Position numbers and translations under genes: made by a program
Source of the DNA: Pseudomonadota bacterium
Lineage (GTDB): Bacteria; Myxococcota; JACRCW01; JAFGSX01
Assembly (NCBI GenBank): GCA_043821645.1
Contig: JBDRCO010000043.1
Coordinates: 64,001 to 128,000, forward strand
Reading direction: 5' to 3'
Length of the DNA: 64,000 nucleotides
Part shown: piece after piece, positions 18,304 to 27,834 of the stretch
Layout of the letters: each line of letters starts with the position of its first letter
Position numbering within the stretch: the stretch's first letter is position 1
The notes under the pieces: model-generated
What the model was told of the DNA's origin: nothing
Seen by the model: the letters and a program-made list of their open reading frames with translations, nothing else
Database searches by the model: none

Positions 18304-19482
18304 TCACTGGGGGGTGATGGTCACCAGGTCAAAGAAGGCCGTGCCGATGTTGTCGAAGCAGCTGAGCCCAAGCTGACGCTCGAAGAACTCGAGGAACACG
18401 GTGGCGTGCGGGTGCTGGGCCTGCAAAGAGAACACCATCCATTGCCATCCACTGCCGGTCTGCAGCCACGGGCTCCACTGCACTCCCGGGTCCTGGGCAT
18501 TGGCGCCGCCCTGCAGGTCCACGCCCAGCCTGGCCTTGGACTGCAGCGTCGGGCAGGTGGAGCTGCGATAGATGTGCACGCCGAACAGGTAGCTTGTCCC
18601 GGGCTGCAGGCCCATGGCGACCTGGTAGAGGCCACCTGTGTGCGCGTCCTCGTCGCCCACGCTGAGCGCGCAGCCGTAAAACTGGTCCCCGTTGACGGGG
18701 AGCACATCCGCGTCGTTGCCCGGCGCATGAATCGAGGGGTCGCACTTCTCACCGTAAGGCGTCCACTGCACTGGCTCGCTGCGGTTTTCCTCGAAGCTGG
18801 GGTTGAGCAGGATCACCGGCGGCACGCTGGCGTCGACAGGCGGCGCGGCGTCGACGGGCGGCGCGGCGTCGACGGGGAGTGCGGCATCAAAGGGTGGCGC
18901 GGCGTCAAAGGGCGGTGACGCATCGACGGGTGGCGCGGCGTCGGAGGGCGGTGCGGCATCGACGGGTGGCGCGGCGTCAAAGGGCGGTGTGGCGTCGACG
19001 GGCGGCACCTGGTCCAGCGCACCCGCGTCATCAGGCGGCCCCAGATCACCCCCGGCGAGATCCACACCACCGGCATCGGACAGTACGTCGGAAGGCGCCC
19101 CGTCGAGGCCGCCGCTGGCATCCCCGGCGCCATCGGGCCAGGCTCCATCGACCACGAGCGTGCTGTCGGCAAGCTCGACGTCGGGTGGGGCGCTGGCGTC
19201 GGTGTGACCCCGGTCCTGGTCCAAGCGATCGGCGAGCGTGCGGTCCGTGGTGATGGAGTCCCGGGCACCACCGCCATCGAGGCCGACCGCGTCGAGCGAC
19301 TGCCCGTCGATGGAGCTGGCATCGGCGGCGGGGCGCGCACACTGTCCCTGGATGCACTGAAAGCCTGCCGGGCAATCCTGTGCGACGGTGCACTGGCCAT
19401 CGAGTGAGGACGGCGCACAGTGCAACAACAAGGTGAACCCGAGCAGCCACACCGCCCGCCTGGCGTGTGCCGGGAGACGCAT
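18304..19482 (-). CDS. Putative lipoprotein with Cys module, Asp/Ala/Pro repeat stalk and C-terminal beta-sandwich (CBM-like) domain
   Basis: Hydrophobic leader ending LLHC, CTVAQDCPAGFQCIQGQC, PPVDAA repeats, LLNPSFE...FFD domain. Start uncertain. Confidence 0.65.
   Translation of the reverse strand: MRLPAHARRAVWLLGFTLLLHCAPSSLDGQCTVAQDCPAGFQCIQGQCARPAADASSIDGQSLDAVGLDGGGARDSITTDRTLADRLDQDRGHTDASAPPDVELADSTLVVDGAWPDGAGDASGGLDGAPSDVLSDAGGVDLAGGDLGPPDDAGALDQVPPVDATPPFDAAPPVDAAPPSDAAPPVDASPPFDAAPPFDAALPVDAAPPVDAAPPVDASVPPVILLNPSFEENRSEPVQWTPYGEKCDPSIHAPGNDADVLPVNGDQFYGCALSVGDEDAHTGGLYQVAMGLQPGTSYLFGVHIYRSSTCPTLQSKARLGVDLQGGANAQDPGVQWSPWLQTGSGWQWMVFSLQAQHPHATVFLEFFERQLGLSCFDNIGTAFFDLVTITPQ
18827..19006 (-). 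repeat. About 10 tandem 18-bp coding repeats encoding PP(V/F/S)DA(A/S/T)
   Basis: Visible directly in the DNA (GGCGTCGACGGGCGGCGC-like units) and in the protein. Confidence 0.85.
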
Positions 19483-19688
19483 CGCACGCACAGAGACGCC
19501 AGCGACCATCCGCCCTCGCAGCGCGGGTGATGAGTTCATGGCTGCACGGTCGCCAGCTCGCTGCTGAGCAGGCCAGCAGTGGAGCGAGAGAGCGGCAGAT
19601 ACCTCAGGGGGCTCATGGTGTGCCGGGTTTCACGGAGTGCGCTTTGGCCCCTGGTCCGGTGTGGTCGACGAACCGAGCGGCGCTCGAC

Positions 19689-20843
19689 TCAGTCGATGAG
19701 GGCCCTGGGCTTCCTCCACCAGTCACCGCCGAACAACTTGTCGCCTTTTTCCTCGATGGCCTTGCCGATGCGGTCCGGTGTCTTGGCCAGCTCCCTGAGC
19801 TTTGCCAGCTCGGGATGCTCGGGGCCCAGCTTGCCGCCAACCAGGGCGTTGGCCTGATCCCACTCCTTGACCGTGAGCTCCTTTCCCAGGTCCTTGCGAA
19901 GGTCACGTCCGAAGCGCTGCTGGTACTCCCTTGCCGTTCCATCGAAGCCCTCGGGCCCGACCCTGCTGAGCGCGTCGTACGCTCTCTCCTCGTCGGTGCC
20001 CAAGCCCTTCATCGCATCGTGCAACACCTCAGCAGGTGAGCCCTTGAGCTGAGGGCCCAGCTGGCCGCCCACCGAGGCGTTGGCCTTTTGCCAGTTGCCA
20101 GGGCTGAGCTTCTCCGCCACAGCGTACCGGAGCTCCCGTCCTGTCTCTTTCTTGTACTCCCTGGCGAGCCGCTCGAAATTCTCCGGCCCGGCCCTCTCCA
20201 GGATGTTCTGGATCACTTCTTCGCTTGGCCCCTCGTGCTTGCCTTCAACGGCAAGCTGCAGGGATCGAGCGTCCTGGTTCCACATGCTGTCCCGCAGCGC
20301 CTCGGACATCCGGGCCTGCGAGGCGCCGGAGGTCCCGGTCGCCGAGTTCTGCGCCGCGCCGACGCTCGCGGGTGCATCCGGTCCCGCCAACTCCTTGAGG
20401 AGCTTGTAGGCCCCAGGCTCGAGCTGCCCGCTGTCGAGTGCGCGCTGGGCGAGCTTGGCCTGCGCATCCACCGGTAAATCCTTCACGTCGCGCTGCAGTT
20501 GCTTCGCGGTGTCCAGGGTCACGCCTTCGTCGCGGTCGACCGCTGCCCGGAGGTTCGCCTCGGCTTTGCGGATCTGGCCCTCGGGAGCTGGCGACTTGTT
20601 CTGCAGCAGGCTCAGCACGCCTGTCTGCTTCTTGGCGACCTGGCCCGCTTGCTCGTTTCCGGTCGCAAAGTTGCTGGCGACCTGCGCGGTCTCGCCCAGG
20701 CCAGTCTTCTGCTTGAGCTGCTCGGGGCTCAGGCGCACCTGTCCCTGGTCGAGCGCAGCGGTCTGGGTGGGGTCGCGCAGGATCGGCGTGTCCTGGCTGC
20801 GAACCTGCGGTGTCGTGGTCTGGCCCGTCTTGCGAACGCCCAT
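19689..20843 (-). CDS. Annexin-repeat protein (one canonical and one degenerate repeat)
   Basis: AEVLHDAMKGLGTDEERAYDAL...EYQQRFGRDLRKDLGKELT matches the annexin repeat consensus. Confidence 0.8.
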   Translation of the reverse strand: MGVRKTGQTTTPQVRSQDTPILRDPTQTAALDQGQVRLSPEQLKQKTGLGETAQVASNFATGNEQAGQVAKKQTGVLSLLQNKSPAPEGQIRKAEANLRAAVDRDEGVTLDTAKQLQRDVKDLPVDAQAKLAQRALDSGQLEPGAYKLLKELAGPDAPASVGAAQNSATGTSGASQARMSEALRDSMWNQDARSLQLAVEGKHEGPSEEVIQNILERAGPENFERLAREYKKETGRELRYAVAEKLSPGNWQKANASVGGQLGPQLKGSPAEVLHDAMKGLGTDEERAYDALSRVGPEGFDGTAREYQQRFGRDLRKDLGKELTVKEWDQANALVGGKLGPEHPELAKLRELAKTPDRIGKAIEEKGDKLFGGDWWRKPRALID

Positions 20844-20882
20844 GATGTTCCCCTTGCCGTCCTGTCGACGGAGAATGCCTGC

Positions 20883-23800
20883 CTAGTCCTGTGCGAACAG
20901 CGCCTTGAGCGCCCTGTCCTCGTCGCCGAAGCTCAGCTCGCTGCGCAGGTCCTCGATCAGGTCGCGGTTGTAGGCCTGCTGGTAGGCCTGCAGGATCTCA
21001 CCGCGCTGCTGGCGGTTGCTGCCCTCGAGCAGCTTGAACAGCGTGTCCTCGTCGGTGCCGGGCTTGAAGCCGTAGTTGCCCTTCATCGCCTTGTACAGCA
21101 CCGAGGCGTCGGCGCTGGCGCGGTCGCCCTGCATCAGCGCCATGGCGCGCGCCTCGTCCTGGCCACTGAGCTCGCCCTTGAGATCGGTGGCGAGGTCGCG
21201 ACCGGTCAGGCGCATGTACTCCTGGGACACCGCGGGCATGGCGCCGGGCGGCACGCTCTCGAGGGCCTTGAACAGCCCCTCCTCGTCGGTGCCCATCTTG
21301 AGGCCGTCGTTGCCCTTCATCGCCTGGTTGAGCGCCATGGCGGCGGCACCGGCGTTGTTGCCCTGCAAGCCCTCGTTGGCGCGCTTGAGCTCGGCGCCGC
21401 TGAGCTCGCTGGTCAGGTCGTGCTGCAGGGGCTTGCCCGTGGCGTCCTGGTAGGCCTGCTGCACCGCGGCCAGGTGCTCGGGGCTCTTGCCCTCGAGGGT
21501 CTTGAAGATGGCGTCCTCGTCGGTGCCCAGCTTGACGCCATAATTTCCATCCATGGCCTTGCGCAGGGCCTCGACGTCGGCCTGCACGGCATCGCCGTTG
21601 AGCATGGCCAGGGCGCGCCGCTCGTCGGCGCCGCTGAGGTCGCCCTTGAGGTCGGCCTCGAGGTCGCGGCCGTACATGTCCTGGTAAGCCTGGCGAATGG
21701 CCTGGGCCTGCTCGGGGGTCTTGCCGTCGAGCGCCTTGAAGATGGCGTCCTCGTCGGTACCGAAACCGCGCACGGCCTTGCGCAGCGTGGCGGCCTCGGC
21801 GGCCGGGTCGAAGCGGGCCTGCTGCTCGTCGTCACCCTCGGCCTGCTGGGTGCTGTCCACCGGCTTGTCGACGGGGAGCTCGCCGGGTCGGGTCTGGGTC
21901 GGGGTCTGGCCGGGGGCCTCGTTGACGTAGGTCATCAGCGCCTGGAAGGCCTCGGGGGTGAGCCCGCCCTCCTGCACGGCCGCCTGGTAGGCCTCGGCCT
22001 TGAGCGCCTGCTGCATCTCCGGCGGGAGCTGACGCGCGATGCTGATCAGCTGCTGCATCTCGCCCAGGGCGATCATCTCGCCGCCCTCGCTGTTCGGGTC
22101 CTCGAAGGCCTGGATGGCGCCCTGCAGGTTCATCATCACCTGCTCGACGTCCTGCTGCGCCTGCTCGCCGATGGGCGAGGGGGGGAGCTGCGCACCGGGC
22201 TGGCCCTGCGCGATGGCGGCCTGCTGCTGCGCCATCTGCTGCATGTACTGCATCATCTCGGGCGACATCTGCGACGCGGCCGGGTTGCTCTGGGCCGCGG
22301 GGTTGTAGCCAGGCGTGGCGGAGGGGCTCTGCTGCCCTGGGCCCTGCGGCGCCGCGCCCTGGCCTCCGGCCAGCGCGTTCATCTGCTGCAGGATCTCCTG
22401 CTCCTGGTTCGCGGCGTACTTCATCTGCATCAGGAACATCTGGTCTTCGAACGAGAGCGGCGGCTTCATGCCCATCTGCTGGGCCAGCATGGCGCTCTCG
22501 GGGTCCAGCTGCGACGGCACCTGGCCGTTCATCTGCGCGGCCATGTCCTGCTGCGCCTGCATCATCTGCTGGATGGCCTGTTGCTCGGCCAGGGGCTGGG
22601 CGGGCGCGCCCTGGGCCTGCGCCATGAGCTCGCCGATGGCCTGCTGCAGCTCGGGACTGCGCGCATCGACGGGCACGTTGCCCCAGTCGAAGTTGGGATC
22701 CAGGCCCTGGCTCTGACTCGGCTCCACCGAGGGCTTGGTGCTGGGCTTGTCCACCGGCGCGCTGTCCTGGGCCACGGGCGCGCCTGGCTTGGGCACGGCA
22801 GGCGGTAAAGCGTCGGGCTTGACGCCGAGGAACGCCGACAGGGTCGCGTGGGCCTCTGGCCGGAGCGCGATGCCGTTGTTCTGCAGCGCGTAAAGGAAGT
22901 TGTCCTTGAGCGCGGCCTGCTCCTTGGCCGGGACGCTCTTCAGGTTGTCGACGATCTCGCGCGCCTCCTTGCCGGTGATGGCCTTGCCACCCTCGCTCGA
23001 AGGATCGAGCACGCGCTGCGCGAGGCTCAGGAAACGATCGTTGGCACCCACTGCATCGGCTTGCTGCTGCAGCTCGGCGAGCGCGGCCTTGGGATCGACG
23101 GGTGGCTCCGAGGGCTTGGTGCTGGGTTTGTCGACGGGCAGCGCACCCTTCGTGGCCGGGGCCGCATCGGGAGCACCCAGGCCGTCCATCATCTTCTGCC
23201 AGCTGTCGTCGGAGATGCTGGCGCCCTCGCCCTTGGGCGCCTTCTTCATGAAGTCGTCGTAGACCTGCCACTTGGCCTGGGCCTCGGGCGACAACTTGTC
23301 CATGTTGCGGCCGACGAAGCGCTTGAGGTCCTTGTGGCAGTTGCGCGCCAGCGCGGGATCGGTGTCGCCCTCCACGTCGGTGATGGCCTGGTGCATGGCC
23401 TCGCCGGAGATGGGCTTCTTGTGCTCGCGCAGGTTCTCGACGGCAGCACCCGCGGTCTCGTCCAGGTAGCCGGCCTTGCCCATGTCGGCGACCATCTTGT
23501 CGTAGCGATCGGTGGGGATGCCGGTCAGGCCTTCCTTGTGCGCCTTCTTGGCGGCGTTGGAGTAGACCCTGAAGGTGGCCTTGGCGTCGGGCGACAGCTT
23601 GTCCCAGTTGTTCTTGGCAAAGCCCGCCAGCTGCTGGTACTCGGTGCTCGCCGCCGCGTTGTCGAGGTCCTTGGACCCGTCGACGATGCAGGTCTTCATG
23701 GCCTCGCCGCTGATGGGCTGCGGCGTCTTCTTGAGCTGGTCTATGGCGGCAGTCATGCTGGCGTCGACGACGGGCGACGAGGGCTTGTCGACCGGAAGGT

Positions 23801-24314
23801 CCCCGGGCCTGGGCTCGACAACCTGCTCGGCAGGCTTCTGCTCGATGGCTTGCTCGGTGGGCTGCTGCGCGACGGTCTGCGCGGCAGGCTTTTGCTGCTG
23901 GGCGTCGAGTTCCTTCTTCTGGGCGAGCAGGTTGAGGGCGCCGGTCTTCTTCGGCAGTTCGGGCGCCTTGCCCTTGTTCTCCTCGGCGAAGTTCTGGACC
24001 ACCTCACCCTGCGCGGCGAGGCCGGTCTTCTGCTCGACGCTCTTGTCGTCGAGCTTGCGCTGGCCGACCTCGGGCAAGCGCAGCTGATCGCCGGGGTAGA
24101 GCCGGTCCGGGTTGGGCACCTGCGGATTGAGGTCCGCGATCTCGCCCCAGCGCTGGGCGTCGCCGAGCTTGCTCTCGGCGAGGTTCCACAGGGTGTCGCC
24201 CGCCTCGACCGTGTGCAGTTCGCCAGGTCCCTCGGGCGCCGGGCCGTTGGGCGACTCGAACTGGGTCTGCTTGGGCTGAACCTGCTGGACGCTGGGACCT
24301 GTGACCTTGCCCAT
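20883..24314 (-). CDS. LysM + helical modules + four annexin repeats protein
   Basis: GGAGG RBS before ATG 24314. LysM motif HTVEAGDTLWNLA..WGEIADLNP..LYPGDQLRLP. Four C-terminal GTDE annexin repeats. Confidence 0.85.
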   Translation of the reverse strand: MGKVTGPSVQQVQPKQTQFESPNGPAPEGPGELHTVEAGDTLWNLAESKLGDAQRWGEIADLNPQVPNPDRLYPGDQLRLPEVGQRKLDDKSVEQKTGLAAQGEVVQNFAEENKGKAPELPKKTGALNLLAQKKELDAQQQKPAAQTVAQQPTEQAIEQKPAEQVVEPRPGDLPVDKPSSPVVDASMTAAIDQLKKTPQPISGEAMKTCIVDGSKDLDNAAASTEYQQLAGFAKNNWDKLSPDAKATFRVYSNAAKKAHKEGLTGIPTDRYDKMVADMGKAGYLDETAGAAVENLREHKKPISGEAMHQAITDVEGDTDPALARNCHKDLKRFVGRNMDKLSPEAQAKWQVYDDFMKKAPKGEGASISDDSWQKMMDGLGAPDAAPATKGALPVDKPSTKPSEPPVDPKAALAELQQQADAVGANDRFLSLAQRVLDPSSEGGKAITGKEAREIVDNLKSVPAKEQAALKDNFLYALQNNGIALRPEAHATLSAFLGVKPDALPPAVPKPGAPVAQDSAPVDKPSTKPSVEPSQSQGLDPNFDWGNVPVDARSPELQQAIGELMAQAQGAPAQPLAEQQAIQQMMQAQQDMAAQMNGQVPSQLDPESAMLAQQMGMKPPLSFEDQMFLMQMKYAANQEQEILQQMNALAGGQGAAPQGPGQQSPSATPGYNPAAQSNPAASQMSPEMMQYMQQMAQQQAAIAQGQPGAQLPPSPIGEQAQQDVEQVMMNLQGAIQAFEDPNSEGGEMIALGEMQQLISIARQLPPEMQQALKAEAYQAAVQEGGLTPEAFQALMTYVNEAPGQTPTQTRPGELPVDKPVDSTQQAEGDDEQQARFDPAAEAATLRKAVRGFGTDEDAIFKALDGKTPEQAQAIRQAYQDMYGRDLEADLKGDLSGADERRALAMLNGDAVQADVEALRKAMDGNYGVKLGTDEDAIFKTLEGKSPEHLAAVQQAYQDATGKPLQHDLTSELSGAELKRANEGLQGNNAGAAAMALNQAMKGNDGLKMGTDEEGLFKALESVPPGAMPAVSQEYMRLTGRDLATDLKGELSGQDEARAMALMQGDRASADASVLYKAMKGNYGFKPGTDEDTLFKLLEGSNRQQRGEILQAYQQAYNRDLIEDLRSELSFGDEDRALKALFAQD

Positions 24315-24584
24315 GGATAACCCTCCGGCTGCACAACACACTCGCGGATCGCACGCCTGTTCAGACGTCCATTACCTTATACATGGAGCCGGAGCTTTGG
24401 CGCGATCTCGGCAGCACCCCCCCACGGTCATCGTGCAAACGTGGACCTGCTGTCCACCTTCGCGTAATGTAAGCGCTATCTGCCGTGCGCTCGGCGTCCG
24501 CCTGCGGGGCCCCGGGCGGCCAGGCACGCGCTGAGGGCTGCTCGCCTGGAGCCCCTCCCGGGAGGCATCGTGACCCGACTGGCC

Positions 24585-26030
24585 ATGCCATCATTTCGCG
24601 TCCTGCTTGCGCTGCTCGTCAGCTGTGGCCTGGTGCAGCTGGCACCCATGGCGGCGACCACAGCCCAGGCTTCAAGCCTGATGCCACTGGCGGATCTGGG
24701 TGCGGCCGTCGCCGGCAAGCGCAAGAAGAAGGCAAAGAAGAAAAAGGCGAAGAAGAAGAAGAAGAAAGACAAGGCGCCGACGCCGCCCGCGGCCGTGCCA
24801 AGCACCTCGGTGGCGATCCTGCCCTTCGATGGCGATGGCGGTGGGCAGACCATGGCCGGGCAGGTGCAGGGCGCGATCACCACCATGGCCGCGGCCGATG
24901 GCTACCAGATGGACATTGCCCTCGCCCCGGGTTCGGGCCGCTACCAGCCGCCCTCGGTCAAGGCCGCGATGGCCGCCACCGGAGCCCACGCCCTGGTGCG
25001 CGGCATGGGTGTGCGCGACAGCGACCGGGTCGAGGTCAAGGTCTTTGCCTACTCACCCGACGGTGTGCTGCGCTTTGCCAAGCTGTACACGGCACCTCCT
25101 GGCGAGGTCGACGCGCTGGCCCTGGCCCCGGCGATCGCCCGGGACCTCGACGGGGTGCTGCCCACACTCGCCAGCCGGCCGCCGGTGACCGGAGCCGACG
25201 CCGAGCCCCTGGCCCTGCCTGCCCCGACGCCCGTCGTCACCACCCCAACCCCGACCACCACCACGACGCCAGCGCCGGCCAAGACCGAGCCAACCTCCAC
25301 CGAGAACACCGCGCGCAGCACGCCGCTGTTCGCCATCGGCCTCGGCTTCGACACCCTGTACTGGAGCTACGACCTGCACTCGGCGCAGCTGGTGAGCACG
25401 GTCAACTGGCACCCGCTGGATCCCTACTTCGGCGGCTCGCTGAACCTGGCGCTGTGGCCCATCGAATGGGTGGGGGTGGACCTCGCCGTGCACGGCGGTC
25501 TGCGCAGCTACAGCGTCGATTTGCCGGTGGACCAGTCCGAGATCAGCCTCACCGCGCTCAGCGCCGAGCTCAACCTGCGCGGTCGCTACGTGTTCGGCTT
25601 CGGCGTCGGCGTGGGCGCACACCTGGGCTACCGCTACGACGGCAGCTTCGTCAGCGAGCAGACCCCGGTGGTGGTGGCGCCCGGCTTCGGCGCGCACCAG
25701 GTCAGCCCGGGGCTCGATCTGTACATCACGGCGCTGGCCCCGCTGCTCAGCGCGCGGCTGTCCGCCGACGTCGTGCCCTGGGGGTTGTACGGTGAGTCGC
25801 CCGACCAGCCTGGCGCCAGCGCGTCGATGTGGGGCTGGCGCGTCGACGGCGCCCTACGCTCGACCTTCTTCATGGGAATCTTTGCCGAGCTGAGGCTGTT
25901 TTACGGGAACAGCTACGTGACCTACAGCGGCGCGGGCAAGCGCACCAACTTCGACGGGGCAGCCATCACCGATGGCGAGGTGGTCAACGGTCTGCGCGGG
26001 CTCAGCCTGGGCCTGGGATGGTCGCTGTGA
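24585..26030 (+). CDS. Secreted protein with Lys-rich segment and probable C-terminal outer-membrane beta-barrel
   Basis: Signal peptide, KRKKKAKKKKAKKKKKK tract, alternating beta strands ending LSLGLGWSL. Confidence 0.6.
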   Translation: MPSFRVLLALLVSCGLVQLAPMAATTAQASSLMPLADLGAAVAGKRKKKAKKKKAKKKKKKDKAPTPPAAVPSTSVAILPFDGDGGGQTMAGQVQGAITTMAAADGYQMDIALAPGSGRYQPPSVKAAMAATGAHALVRGMGVRDSDRVEVKVFAYSPDGVLRFAKLYTAPPGEVDALALAPAIARDLDGVLPTLASRPPVTGADAEPLALPAPTPVVTTPTPTTTTTPAPAKTEPTSTENTARSTPLFAIGLGFDTLYWSYDLHSAQLVSTVNWHPLDPYFGGSLNLALWPIEWVGVDLAVHGGLRSYSVDLPVDQSEISLTALSAELNLRGRYVFGFGVGVGAHLGYRYDGSFVSEQTPVVVAPGFGAHQVSPGLDLYITALAPLLSARLSADVVPWGLYGESPDQPGASASMWGWRVDGALRSTFFMGIFAELRLFYGNSYVTYSGAGKRTNFDGAAITDGEVVNGLRGLSLGLGWSL

Positions 26031-26049
26031 CGACGAGGATGGATCGCTG

Positions 26050-27759
26050 GTGAAGCACTGCCACTCGACACCTCGACGCGCTCTCGTTTCCTGGATGCTC
26101 CCGCTTGTGGCCTGCGCCTGCGCCACCACGGACGCGGCTCAGCCGGTCGACCCGGCGCCGCTGTCCAGGGTGGCCGCCGCGCCAGAGATCGCCGCCAGCG
26201 CACCGTCGAGCGCGCCTGACGCGCCCGCCGTCGACGAGGCCCCGAGCGCAGCAGCGAACGCCGATCCTGTCACCGCCTCCAGCGCACCCACCCACGACAA
26301 CCTGGGCGCACCCGACGACGTCACCAGCGCGCAGCCCGGTGACCTGGCCGGGACCGTCCGCGACGAAGACGAGCCCATCGACGACGGCGAACCCGCGACC
26401 GAAGGCGACGAGGTTGACGACGATGCCGTGGTGCTCGAGGGCGCTCCCGAGACCCTGGACATGGCGGTCTCGGCCACGATGTCGCACCACGATCTTGCGG
26501 CCGGCGATTTTGACATTCCCGTCGTCGATCACCCGCGGGTCGACAAGTGGATGACCTACTTCACCGGCCCCGGGGCGCGGCGCTTTCGAACCTGGCTCGA
26601 GCGCCTGACGCGCTACGAGCCCTTGATGCGGCCCATGCTGCGCGAGCGCGGTCTGCCCGAGGACACCATCTACCTGGCGCTCATCGAGAGCGGACTGTCC
26701 CCGCGCGCCTACTCGCGGGCACGCGCCTCGGGCTACTGGCAGTTCATCGAACGCACCGGCGCCGCCTACGGGCTGCACGACGACTTCTGGGTCGACCAGC
26801 GTCGAGATCCGGTGCGCGCCACCGACGCCGCGGCACGCCACCTCAAGGACCTGTACGACGAGTTCGGCCACTGGCACCTGGCCTGGGCCGCCTACAACGC
26901 TGGCGCGGGAAAGATCCGCGAGGCCATCCGGCGCTACGAGACCCGCGACTTCTTCGAGCTCATCGAGCACCCCTACCTGCGGCCCGAGACCAAGGACTAC
27001 GTGCCCAAGCTCATCGCCGCGGCGCGCATCGCCAAGCACCCCGAGCGCTACGGCTTCACCGACATCCCGACGCTGCCGGCCTACGCCCATGCCACCATCG
27101 ACGTCGGTGACGCCACCGATCTGGGGCTGGTGGCCGAGGGCTGCGGCGTCGACATGGAGCTGCTGGTCGAGCTCAATCCCGAGCTCAAGCGCTGGGCCAC
27201 GCCACCCCGCGAGCGCGGCCAGCCCGGCTACCAGGTGCGCGTGCCGCCAGGCCTGGGCGAGCGCTGCCAGCAGGCTCTCGATGCCGTACCCCTGAACAAG
27301 CGGCTGACCTTCCGCCATCATCGCGTGCGCTCGGGTGAGGTACCGGGCCAGATCGCCCGTCGCTACGGCATCAGCCTGGCCACCATGATGCGCATGAACA
27401 AGGTACGCGACGCGCGACGCCTGCGCGTGGGTCAGGACCTGCTCATCCCCATCCCGGCCAGGGTTCCCGAGCGCATGTTCCGCGAGCACCGCGTGCTGCA
27501 GCGCCCCGGTGACGACGGAGAAAAAAAGAAACCGCGCACTGCCGTGGCCAAGCCGCGCGCCCCCAAGCCACCTCCCAGACCCGTGGCGCCGCCTCCGGGC
27601 ACGCACCCGGCGACCCACGTCATCGCCTCTGGCGACAGCCTGTGGACGGTGGCCCAGCGCTACAAGGTCTCGGTCGCGGACCTGCGGGCCTGGAATCACC
27701 TCAAGAAGAACGCCATCCTGCAGCCCGGGCAGGCGCTCACGGTGCATGTCCCGGATTGA
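26050..27759 (+). CDS. mltD: Membrane-bound lytic murein transglycosylase D-like protein (SLT + LysM)
   Basis: LALIESG, SRARASGYWQFI, AAYNAG, ETKDYVPK, LNPEL and LysM repeats. Confidence 0.85.
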   Translation: MKHCHSTPRRALVSWMLPLVACACATTDAAQPVDPAPLSRVAAAPEIAASAPSSAPDAPAVDEAPSAAANADPVTASSAPTHDNLGAPDDVTSAQPGDLAGTVRDEDEPIDDGEPATEGDEVDDDAVVLEGAPETLDMAVSATMSHHDLAAGDFDIPVVDHPRVDKWMTYFTGPGARRFRTWLERLTRYEPLMRPMLRERGLPEDTIYLALIESGLSPRAYSRARASGYWQFIERTGAAYGLHDDFWVDQRRDPVRATDAAARHLKDLYDEFGHWHLAWAAYNAGAGKIREAIRRYETRDFFELIEHPYLRPETKDYVPKLIAAARIAKHPERYGFTDIPTLPAYAHATIDVGDATDLGLVAEGCGVDMELLVELNPELKRWATPPRERGQPGYQVRVPPGLGERCQQALDAVPLNKRLTFRHHRVRSGEVPGQIARRYGISLATMMRMNKVRDARRLRVGQDLLIPIPARVPERMFREHRVLQRPGDDGEKKKPRTAVAKPRAPKPPPRPVAPPPGTHPATHVIASGDSLWTVAQRYKVSVADLRAWNHLKKNAILQPGQALTVHVPD

Positions 27760-27834
27760 GCGTCGCGCGCCGGCATCGCGAATCCCTGAAGTGTGAAGAA
27801 GAACCCATCGCTCGCCTCGGCAGACGAGATCGGT

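Noticed and set aside
18827-19006. 18-bp tandem repeats as a possible CRISPR array
   Set aside because: No spacers, in-frame coding repeats, no cas genes. The same applies to the repeat stalk at about 54420-54820.
19660-19691. Possible SECIS after the TGA of the small annexin gene (also checked TGA stops at 1085, 15943, 16435, 18293, 35522, 36800, 38906)
   Set aside because: No stem placing G23/U24 in an apical loop, so these are treated as ordinary stops.
20499-24320. Long plus-strand ORFs (769 aa, 490 aa) opposite the annexin gene
   Set aside because: High-GC antisense shadows with no motifs. The same applies to 11364-13649, 26002-27747, 43190-45625 and 56520-58625.
24320-24440. Sigma28-type promoter upstream of the annexin operon
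   Set aside because: Only partial matches (GCCGAGAT, TGCGATCC) without a correctly spaced -35, so membership of the regulon is not supported.
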